44,857 bases of DNA from a virus (taxonomy: Duplodnaviria > Heunggongvirae > Uroviricota > Caudoviricetes): IMG/VR virus record IMGVR_UViG_3300042673_001280; one strand, 5' to 3'. A model generated the notes under the pieces. It saw only the letters and a list, made by a program, of their open reading frames with translations, searched no databases and was not told the origin of the DNA. Shown here in pieces: positions 7,550 through 16,245 of this stretch. Position numbers and translations under genes: made by a program. Every line of letters starts with the position of its first letter. The first letter of the stretch is position 1.

Positions 7550-8313
7550 ACATTAAATTAGTATCATATTCTCAACCAACTGAAGAATTTGCTGAATTAG
7601 GAATTACTGATGCACAAGAACTTATTGCGTTTTGCGCTCGGGTAAGTAATCCGTCAAATCAGTTTAATACAGAAACTTCAGAAAAACTTATCAACTACTT
7701 AATTAAACATAAACATTGGTCACCGCTTGAAATGGTTAATGTGTGTTTAGAAATTAATACCACCCGCGATATTGCACGTCAATTACTACGTCACGCTTCA
7801 TTTAGATTCCAAGAGTTTAGTCAACGCTATGCAGATCCAACAAACGATCTGTCTTTTGAAATACGCGATGCTAGATTTCAAGATCCTAAAAATCGTCAAA
7901 ATTCAATTACAATTAATACTGCAGAAGAAGAGGCAATTAATGATGAATGGCATCTAAGACAAGAAGCTCATATTAATTCAGCAAAAGCACAATATGAATG
8001 GGCAATTAGCAAAGGTATTGCTAAAGAACAAGCTCGTGTCGTTCTTCCAGAAGGCAATACTAAAAGTCGTGTGTATGTTAACGGGACGTTGCGCTCATGG
8101 ATTCACTACATACAAGTGCGCAGTAACGTGGATACACAGCTTGAACACAAACAAGTTGCTGTAGCATGTGCGCAAGCAATTAGCGCAGTATTTCCAATGG
8201 TAAATGACTTTGTTTATAAGGAAGAACCAGTTTTAGAACCTATTAAAGAAGAAATTGTTGAACCTAAAAAACTTAAATGGCATCAACACTTTTTTAATTT
8301 TTACAAACACTAA
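7546..8313 (+). CDS. thyX: Flavin-dependent thymidylate synthase ThyX
   Basis: IAFCARVS, HKHWSPLEM, RQLLRHASFRFQEFSQRYA, AKEQARVVLP, TLRSWIHYIQVR, TQLEH. Confidence 0.93.
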   Translation: MNIKLVSYSQPTEEFAELGITDAQELIAFCARVSNPSNQFNTETSEKLINYLIKHKHWSPLEMVNVCLEINTTRDIARQLLRHASFRFQEFSQRYADPTNDLSFEIRDARFQDPKNRQNSITINTAEEEAINDEWHLRQEAHINSAKAQYEWAISKGIAKEQARVVLPEGNTKSRVYVNGTLRSWIHYIQVRSNVDTQLEHKQVAVACAQAISAVFPMVNDFVYKEEPVLEPIKEEIVEPKKLKWHQHFFNFYKH

Positions 8314-8320
8314 TCACAAC

Positions 8321-8342
8321 AAAGCCGGCAATTGCCGGCTTT
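8321..8342. terminator. Bidirectional intrinsic terminator between the convergent gene blocks
   Basis: Perfect palindrome AAAGCCGGCAATTGCCGGCTTT between the thyX stop (8313) and the fibre gene stop (8370). Confidence 0.8.
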
Positions 8343-8369
8343 ATCATTTGTACTACTTTTTACTAACTG

Positions 8370-11300
8370 CTATACTGAATGTTTCCATGGATTACGTGTA
8401 TTCCACACAACTGCACCTGCACTGTTTTTAATATCAGCACCACCATAGCCATAATAGCCAGCATTAAATACAATTTTAACAATTATATTAAGTGTTGTTG
8501 GAATTGGGATGGCGCTATTCCAATTGCCGCTAGTTGGAATGTGTGTCCATGACACTCCGTTATTATCAGTCAAAACAATACTACCAGCTTGATGATCAAC
8601 AATAACTGCGCGTAATACCATACCAGTTGTTACTAATATGTTCAAATCTTCCCAGTACAATGCCGGAATCCACGGCTGTGTTGACCAGTCTGCCTTTGGA
8701 TATACCCAATACGATGTATAACCATCAGTCGCTCTATCTGATATATACGAACCTAAATTATACGCCGCTGGCGGTATCGACGGTACTGCTGGTGTTGTTG
8801 GATATGTTGCTTTTCCAGTTGGTATTACTGCTGTATTAGTTGGTACAGATGGCCCCCACGAAATTCGTACTTTAGCAGGTTGTCCCGCCGTTCCAGAACC
8901 AAGTGTTGGTTTTATATAAGAACCGGGTGATCTAGTTGTCCAAAGATAATTGGCATCTGAAGCTATCTCATCAACCCTACGACGTAACGTTACAGCTATA
9001 CCAACAGTCTTACACACATTTGCTGTATTTTTAAACCATTTATAGGAAAGTGTAATTCTATTATTCCATTCAGCTGCTAGCGTAATGTTATAAGTTGTTA
9101 CTTTCTTTGTTCCATCCCACGGTGTTGTAGTATCACCTACTGATACAAAACCGTAACCGTCTGTCCATATGTCTAAAATATAGTCTCCTTGCGGTATAGG
9201 CTGTCCTGCCGTTACCGCAGGACCATTCTGAACTTGCGGTTTTGTTTTGCTACTTACTACATTAGGCCATGATACAAAGAATGCGTCAGTACGTGTCGTA
9301 GCATCTGGCGGAGCAATTGCATGATCTGTAAAGAATCTTGGTATACCATAAGTCTTACCTTTAATTATAATAGTCGTAGTATCGCTTGATCCTTCCTGCG
9401 GTGTTGCTGCAATTAACTGCACACCGGCGCCGCCTAATCCGCCGCCGTTTGGAATATATACAAAACAACTTTCTGGCGGAACATACGAGTTACCACCAGT
9501 GCCCCCATTTCGAGATACTGCATTAGGAGATTTATTATATGCTTGTTTATCAACTAAACCGCCTCCGCCGCCGCCGCCACCTGAACCAGGGCTAGCTTTA
9601 GCATTAGCAGACACGCCAGCAGAAACATAAGTTGCTGCATATTTACCTATAAGCTGAACACCAGTTGAACCAGGGGTGCCCGGTAACGTTCCATTCAATC
9701 TCCCTGCACCGCCACCACCTGCGCCGCCAACTGTTACCCATGGGGTGTTGGTTAGTGGTTTTTTATTAGTTCCTCCAATATACATTGCAATACCTGCGCC
9801 ACCTGCGCCGCCAAGTCCGCCCCAATCACCGGTTATACCAGACACTGTGTTAGTTGAAGGTGTAGATACGCCGCCGGGAATAAACGAAAACGACAATCCG
9901 TCAAAATTAGTAAGATCAATTATACCCTTAACTGAAGCTGCATTGCCGCCTGCACTGCCATCAAACGCTGCGCCTGCGCCGCCGCCCGTGCCGCCGCCGC
10001 CAATTAATTCAATTTGATAAAAATTAACACCGGCAGTTTTTGGCCACCATTGATTTCCTGTCTTTTGATCAATTTCAATAAAGTCATCACCTTTCATAAC
10101 TTCAATAGGTTTAGTAGTAATAATGAACGGGGTGTTAGTAACAGGATCTGTAACTGTAAATTCAACTTGGAACGAACCTGATGTGTTTACTGCTAATTTG
10201 TTTGCAAATAGTTTTAACTTAGCAGTTGACACTAACGGTGATGTTGGATCTATTACGGTTGTAAATGTTCCATTGTTAACTAATTTAAACGGAGTGCTTG
10301 CAGAAGTTGATAGTGCTGTTGAGATTCCTTGTGGAGTGCGTGTAGAAATTTTCCATTTTACATCTAACGGTTTTAAAACATTAGTATTAAATGGTGTTAT
10401 TGCAATTATAATTTCGCCAGCACCAGATTCAATAATACGAGCCGGAGCAGACTGCACTGTTATCTCTATTGTTTTAGTTACTACAGCAGGTTTTCCTGAT
10501 GTATCTGTAATTACAACTTTTGGACACGGTGCTGCAAATGCAATTGGTATACCAGTTGCAGTGTTCATTACTTGAATATAAAACTCTTTATCACCGTCAG
10601 TTGCTTGATCAATCGCTGCAGCAAGTTGTATTGTTACAGTTTTATTTGTTACTACTGCACTAGTAGCGTTTGCATTTAACGTACCGTTTGGTAATGTTGC
10701 AATTGTAAAATCTGCAGGTGTTAAGTTTTTAGTTGCTGGTGTAAGACCCTTAGGCCCAATTACAGTCCAGTATAACCGCGAACCATTAGCTGCAGTTGGT
10801 GTAGTAATAGTATATGTTACCGGAACACCGTCTTCAGCAATTTTAGTTTTATCAGCTTTAATTGTATAAAATTCAATATCAGTTATAGTAATAATTGGAG
10901 TATTATCAATATTAATAATTGGTCCAGTTTGAGAACCAGATCTTAATACAATACTAAATGAATCATTTTCAGCTGGCAATTTATCAGGTGCTGCAGTTAC
11001 CCCAAATGTTCCTACATGTCCAGTAATAGTAACTGTACCGGTTGCTTTTACAAAATCAGCAGGATCAATTGCTCCGGCAACTCCTTGAATAGACCAGTAT
11101 AATGCAGTTTCTTTTGATATACCAGGAGTACGCACTGTAAATGTTACTGCTGATCCACTTTCTGCAATAGTAGTTACATCTGATGTTAATGTATAATTAG
11201 TACCATCAGAAACTGTTATAGTTGGAATAACTCCTGTTAACGGTGATAGCGGTAAACCACTTTTTGTTACAGCAATTGTAAATGTATCGTTTGGTTCAAT

Positions 11301-14300
11301 TTGTGCATCAGGTGCAGCAGTTACTGTAATTATAGCAGTACTATTTGCAACTGGTAGTGTTGTTCCAGAAAATGCTACAAAATCAGCGGATATCATTGTT
11401 CCGGTAACTTGCACAACTGTCCAGTTTAATGTTTCTCCGTTATCAGCAAATGGAGTTGTAACAGTAAACGTTACTGATCCGCCTTCTGCAATTACAGTTG
11501 TATCCGAAATAATTGTATATGAAATAGATTCAGTAATTAGTACAGTTGGACTTGTAGTAACAGTGGTGCCTTCAACTGAATCACGTTTTAATACTAAAGA
11601 ATAAGTTTCATTACCTTCTGTATTGCTATCAGTAGCATGCGGAATGATAATTGTACCTTTATTTTTAACAATTGAAACAGTACCTGACATTTGTTTGTCA
11701 GCAAAATCATTCTCATTAATACCGCTTGTACTTGGAGTTGGTGTTATTACCCAGAATAAATCACCATCGTCCATTTTTGGAGTAGTAACTTTAAAATACG
11801 CAGGAATGCCTTCTGCAAATGAAGTTACTTGTACTGTACTAATTTGAGATGCAGTTGGAGTAATAGTATAAGCAACAGTTTCAGTGATTGTTACAGTAGG
11901 CGATCCTGTTCCTCCAATTGCAATCGATTGTCCAGTTGCCGAAGTTAAACTAATAGTAAATGATTCATCACCTTCTGTACCGGCATCTGATGCTGCATAC
12001 AGTGTAAAGGTACCGGAATTAGTTGTGCTGTTAACTGTAAATGTCCCAGTTAACGATGAAAGTGTAGTACTTCCGCCAGCAGTTGTAACAAAGTCCTGAG
12101 CTGCAATTGAACCAGTTTTACCAACAATAGTATAGTTAAATATAGAATTAGCTTTAAGTTTTGGTGTATTTAATGTAAATGTTACACCGTCGCCTCCTTC
12201 TGATATAGATGCAGTGTTAGCACTTAATACATACTCAACAACTTCCGAAATTGCAATAATTGGTGACGGAGATCCTAAAACAATTGGGGTTAAACCATTA
12301 GCTAATTCAATATGGAATGTTTCATTACCTTCAGTGGTTTCGTCAGCAGATGCATACAATGTAATTGTACCAGTACCATAGCGACCGGCACCTGTACCAA
12401 CACCGGTAATTGAAACATCGCCTGTTAACGAACCCGGACCGGGAGTTGGTGTTTGACCATCATTAAAATCAATTGCGTCTAATGTTCCAGTATTGCCAAC
12501 AACGGTCCACCCTAATGTGTTTCCAATTGCTGATGCAGGCGTAGTAACTGTAAATGTTACAAGTCCAGCTCCTTCAGCAATAGAACGAGTCGATGGACTA
12601 ATTGCATATTTTATTTCATCTGAAATAGTAACAGCGGTTGTACTAGTTGCTACTACTTTTCCGTATACTGAGCCAGTGCGTAATTCAAAGATAAATGAAC
12701 GCACACCTGTTCCAGGCGACGATGATTGAGTAGTAACTGTAATTTCTTTAGTACCATTTGCTGGTGTTGATCCATCATCATACGTAACATTTACTGCAGT
12801 TGGAGATACTGCAGTAACAAAATCAGTAATTTCTAACCCGGGACTTCTAAATAATGTCCAATATAAATTTGTAGTATTTGTTACGTTTTCAGTATGGACA
12901 GTAAACACTACTGCGCCACCTTTAATTATACTTGTTGCACTAGTTGTAACAGAATATACCGGTGCCTCTGGTTCCGGTACTTCAATGTCAATTGAAGTAT
13001 CTTGGATAGTAACAGGTACACTTGAAACAACTACAGGAGATCCGTATGATGTAAGTCTAAGTTCTATAATAAACGCATCAACACCTTCAGTTAATACATC
13101 GTCTTTAGCAGTTCTTATAATAGTACCTTCGTTACCAACAATTGTAACTTTACCTTGTAACGTACTATCTTTAAAATCTGCTTCAGACACTGTGCCAGAC
13201 GCAGAACGAGTGGTCCAGTACAATTCAGTGTTATCAGCAACTTTTGGTGTTTTAACAGTAAATGTTACACTGCCTGGTCCTTCTGTTACAGTTGATGTAC
13301 CTGCAATAACTTGATAGTTAACAGTTTCAGATATTGTAATTTCTCGGGTAGTTTGTTCAACTGGTCCGTCAATATCGTCTAATCTTAATTCAACTTGGAA
13401 TGTTTCACTACCTTCAGTTAAACTATCAGGTCTAGCAGCAATAATAAACGAACCTCTATTGTTTTGAATAGAAACTCTACCAGTTAATCGTTGTGCCGAC
13501 CCGCCTTGTGCATCGGAAACAATGAAATCATCTGCAGTAATGTTACCAGAACCTGGTAAGATTGACCAATATACTAACGAGCCGTTTGATACTTTTGGAG
13601 TAGTAATATTAAATGTTACACCTGCTCCAGTTTCTGCAATTGACTGAGTCGATGGAGTAATTGAATATTTTACATATTCTGAGATTGTAACCGGATCGCC
13701 AATTTTAACAGTTGTACCAGATGCAGATCCTGTTTTTAATACTAAATGGAAAGACTCATCACCTTCAGTTAACGCATCAACTACTGCAGTTCTTGTAATA
13801 GAGCCGATGTTATTAGTGATAGTAACTGTACCAGTTAATGTGTTATCAGTAAAATCACTTGCAGTAATAGTTCCAGTATCAGTTACAGTTGACCAGTATA
13901 ACACAGTACCGTTTGCTACTTTTGGAGTCTTAATTGTAAACTCAACACCAATTTGGCCTTCAGTAATTGCAGATCTTTGTGATATAATATCATAAACATT
14001 TGGTTCAGTAATTGTTGAACTTTGACTTGATACTAAAATTGCGCCACTTACACCGTCAGTCTCACGAATTTCGACACGGAACTGTTCAACACCTTCAGTT
14101 AACGTGTCGTCTTTTGCACGAATTAAAAATTTACCAACGTTGTTATTAACTGCAAATGTTCCAGATACACCATCAACTAGATCATCTGCATCAACTGTGC
14201 CAAATTCAGATACTACTCTATAATATAAATTCTTACCATTCTCTAATGCAGGAGTATTAACTGTAAAATTAATGCCCAATCCACCTTCGGCCATTGCACT

Positions 14301-16226
14301 ATAATCTTTTGTGATTAAATAACTAACAGATTCTGTTATTGATACAGTTGGACCTTCTTGTAGCTCGTTAGTCATTGCTGCATCAGAATAGAATGTTAAA
14401 TGAAACGATTCAAGACCTTCTGTTACACCGTCTGCTTTTAAATAACGAGGAACAACACCAATTTGATTTGATATTAATACTGATCCAGACAACAACCCGT
14501 CATTGAAATCACTTCCGTTTATTGTTCCAATATCAGAAAATGTTTGCCAATATAATCTAGTGTTAATTGGTAATTTTGGTGTTGTAATTTTATAGTTAAC
14601 TGCTAGCACCGAACCTTCAGGTACTGTTGTTAAACTTGTAGATACTAAGTAAGGAACATCCGGAACAACCACTGCAGTATCAACAATTTGCATTAGATAA
14701 CTGATTTGTACTTGTCTTTTAACTCCGGTAGTAGCATCAATTGTAGATAACACAATTTGGAAAGATTCAATTTGTTCAACTGCTTTATCATCAACTAATG
14801 TTCTAACAATATCAGCAGTATTGTTCCAAATTGTAATTGTACCAGTTAATGTGTTGTCTTCAAAATCAGCAGCAGTTATACCAGCTGTTAACCCTTTTGT
14901 TGCCCAATATAATTGTGTATTATCTGCTACACCGGTTGTTACAACTGTATATGTAATTGTGTTACCTTCAGCAGTTGCACTAACTGATTGTGATACAAAA
15001 TTGTAAGATGGTGTTGTTCGTATCACAGGTACTGTTAATGATAAATCGTTAATTATCTCAGGTGCTGATGCAATTGTTGCTACTACCGGAGATGTTAATT
15101 CAGGTGCTACTCGAATTTCAACTACAAATTTTTCAGTTCCTTCAGTAAATTTGTCATCGCTTGCAGTTAAAGAAAACGATCCAAATCCGCTAGTAATAGC
15201 AAAGCTATCTTGTAACGTAGCTTCAACAAAATCAGCAGCAGTGATGCCATATCCTTTTACATTCCAATATAACGGAGCATCGTCAAAGTTTACAGTAGTA
15301 ACAGTAAATGTTACTCCAGTTTGACCTTCACCAATTGAAGTTGAGTCACGTGTAATAATAAATGACGGATTAGCTTGTCCTGCAGACATTTCGCCAACTG
15401 CAGATGGAGCAGGAACTGCTACAAATACACCACTTGCATGATACGCCCTAACATTGCTTGTTAATGTTCCATTAACGTTTGGATCTGACAATGATGTAGA
15501 TCCATCTGTAAATTCAACAGTAAATTCAATTGTTCTACTGTCAACTAATCTTGCACTTAGTTTATAAGTGTTTGGTTTAAGTGTATCAGTAGTTAATTTT
15601 TGAAATATAACTTGATAAGAATCAGTTAATCTTGAATACCCAATTGATGTTCCAACTGATTTAGTTGACGAAGTTGCACTTCTTTTAAAACTTATTACAC
15701 CAATGTTTGCTAATAAACTAGTCCATGATGAATTTTTTGTTGTAGACGCGCCTGCAGAACGTGACGCAGAAAATTCAATTGAGCTACCTGTATTAAAGTA
15801 GTTACGAATTGCATCTTCATCAACAAATTCAGCAGTTACAATTTGGGTAGTTGTGCCATTCCAATCAGTTGTAATAGTATCCGATACTAATATATCGCGA
15901 GCTGCTTGTGCAGCAGGTGGAGTAACTGTACGGTTTGCTTCTACTTGTTTAAGAACTGTTTCAAATGCAGCCCATTGTGTGGCAGTAATTGAGTTAGTAA
16001 TTGGAGTAATTGGTAGTGTAGTAAGTACACCAACTTGATGTTGTTTTGCTGCTAAAATATCAGTTCTTAAATTCTGAAAATCGAGCAAATTAGCCGGATT
16101 ATTTGCAGCTAATTGTTGACTTAATGCAATTTGTCCGTAACCATAATCGCCGTCACCAATTTCAAGAATTCTTGAAATCCGTACCTGCATTGCATTAAAA
16201 CTGGTTGTATCTGGTAGTGTTGCCAT
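8370..16226 (-). CDS. Giant virion fibre/adhesin-like protein (2618 aa): N-terminal anchor domain, Calx-beta-like array, Gly-rich domain, C-terminal putative binding domains
   Basis: Uninterrupted ORF with RBS AAGGA; last gene of the tail operon; repeated units of about 110-125 aa; IELIGGGGTGGGAG Gly-rich domain. Confidence 0.8.
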   Translation of the reverse strand: MATLPDTTSFNAMQVRISRILEIGDGDYGYGQIALSQQLAANNPANLLDFQNLRTDILAAKQHQVGVLTTLPITPITNSITATQWAAFETVLKQVEANRTVTPPAAQAARDILVSDTITTDWNGTTTQIVTAEFVDEDAIRNYFNTGSSIEFSASRSAGASTTKNSSWTSLLANIGVISFKRSATSSTKSVGTSIGYSRLTDSYQVIFQKLTTDTLKPNTYKLSARLVDSRTIEFTVEFTDGSTSLSDPNVNGTLTSNVRAYHASGVFVAVPAPSAVGEMSAGQANPSFIITRDSTSIGEGQTGVTFTVTTVNFDDAPLYWNVKGYGITAADFVEATLQDSFAITSGFGSFSLTASDDKFTEGTEKFVVEIRVAPELTSPVVATIASAPEIINDLSLTVPVIRTTPSYNFVSQSVSATAEGNTITYTVVTTGVADNTQLYWATKGLTAGITAADFEDNTLTGTITIWNNTADIVRTLVDDKAVEQIESFQIVLSTIDATTGVKRQVQISYLMQIVDTAVVVPDVPYLVSTSLTTVPEGSVLAVNYKITTPKLPINTRLYWQTFSDIGTINGSDFNDGLLSGSVLISNQIGVVPRYLKADGVTEGLESFHLTFYSDAAMTNELQEGPTVSITESVSYLITKDYSAMAEGGLGINFTVNTPALENGKNLYYRVVSEFGTVDADDLVDGVSGTFAVNNNVGKFLIRAKDDTLTEGVEQFRVEIRETDGVSGAILVSSQSSTITEPNVYDIISQRSAITEGQIGVEFTIKTPKVANGTVLYWSTVTDTGTITASDFTDNTLTGTVTITNNIGSITRTAVVDALTEGDESFHLVLKTGSASGTTVKIGDPVTISEYVKYSITPSTQSIAETGAGVTFNITTPKVSNGSLVYWSILPGSGNITADDFIVSDAQGGSAQRLTGRVSIQNNRGSFIIAARPDSLTEGSETFQVELRLDDIDGPVEQTTREITISETVNYQVIAGTSTVTEGPGSVTFTVKTPKVADNTELYWTTRSASGTVSEADFKDSTLQGKVTIVGNEGTIIRTAKDDVLTEGVDAFIIELRLTSYGSPVVVSSVPVTIQDTSIDIEVPEPEAPVYSVTTSATSIIKGGAVVFTVHTENVTNTTNLYWTLFRSPGLEITDFVTAVSPTAVNVTYDDGSTPANGTKEITVTTQSSSPGTGVRSFIFELRTGSVYGKVVATSTTAVTISDEIKYAISPSTRSIAEGAGLVTFTVTTPASAIGNTLGWTVVGNTGTLDAIDFNDGQTPTPGPGSLTGDVSITGVGTGAGRYGTGTITLYASADETTEGNETFHIELANGLTPIVLGSPSPIIAISEVVEYVLSANTASISEGGDGVTFTLNTPKLKANSIFNYTIVGKTGSIAAQDFVTTAGGSTTLSSLTGTFTVNSTTNSGTFTLYAASDAGTEGDESFTISLTSATGQSIAIGGTGSPTVTITETVAYTITPTASQISTVQVTSFAEGIPAYFKVTTPKMDDGDLFWVITPTPSTSGINENDFADKQMSGTVSIVKNKGTIIIPHATDSNTEGNETYSLVLKRDSVEGTTVTTSPTVLITESISYTIISDTTVIAEGGSVTFTVTTPFADNGETLNWTVVQVTGTMISADFVAFSGTTLPVANSTAIITVTAAPDAQIEPNDTFTIAVTKSGLPLSPLTGVIPTITVSDGTNYTLTSDVTTIAESGSAVTFTVRTPGISKETALYWSIQGVAGAIDPADFVKATGTVTITGHVGTFGVTAAPDKLPAENDSFSIVLRSGSQTGPIINIDNTPIITITDIEFYTIKADKTKIAEDGVPVTYTITTPTAANGSRLYWTVIGPKGLTPATKNLTPADFTIATLPNGTLNANATSAVVTNKTVTIQLAAAIDQATDGDKEFYIQVMNTATGIPIAFAAPCPKVVITDTSGKPAVVTKTIEITVQSAPARIIESGAGEIIIAITPFNTNVLKPLDVKWKISTRTPQGISTALSTSASTPFKLVNNGTFTTVIDPTSPLVSTAKLKLFANKLAVNTSGSFQVEFTVTDPVTNTPFIITTKPIEVMKGDDFIEIDQKTGNQWWPKTAGVNFYQIELIGGGGTGGGAGAAFDGSAGGNAASVKGIIDLTNFDGLSFSFIPGGVSTPSTNTVSGITGDWGGLGGAGGAGIAMYIGGTNKKPLTNTPWVTVGGAGGGGAGRLNGTLPGTPGSTGVQLIGKYAATYVSAGVSANAKASPGSGGGGGGGGLVDKQAYNKSPNAVSRNGGTGGNSYVPPESCFVYIPNGGGLGGAGVQLIAATPQEGSSDTTTIIIKGKTYGIPRFFTDHAIAPPDATTRTDAFFVSWPNVVSSKTKPQVQNGPAVTAGQPIPQGDYILDIWTDGYGFVSVGDTTTPWDGTKKVTTYNITLAAEWNNRITLSYKWFKNTANVCKTVGIAVTLRRRVDEIASDANYLWTTRSPGSYIKPTLGSGTAGQPAKVRISWGPSVPTNTAVIPTGKATYPTTPAVPSIPPAAYNLGSYISDRATDGYTSYWVYPKADWSTQPWIPALYWEDLNILVTTGMVLRAVIVDHQAGSIVLTDNNGVSWTHIPTSGNWNSAIPIPTTLNIIVKIVFNAGYYGYGGADIKNSAGAVVWNTRNPWKHSV
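10083..15368 (-). repeat. Tandem array of 14 clear and 1 degenerate Calx-beta-like domains
   Basis: Unit consensus Y.I.....SI.EG...VTFTV.TP......LYW......G.I...DF....L.G.V.I.NN.G.I...A..D..TEG.E.F.I.L.......V......V.I.(D/E); counted by eye in the translation. Confidence 0.75.
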
Positions 16227-16245
16227 TATTTTTCCTTTTTAAATA

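Noticed and set aside
8370-8800. Fibre tip as a diversity-generating retroelement target
   Set aside because: No template repeat or reverse transcriptase in the window, and no near-identical DNA copy differing at adenines was seen.
9565-9578. (CCG)n run and locally raised GC in 9420-10020
   Set aside because: Explained by poly-Gly codons of the Gly-rich domain; no independent sign of a foreign insertion or phase variation.
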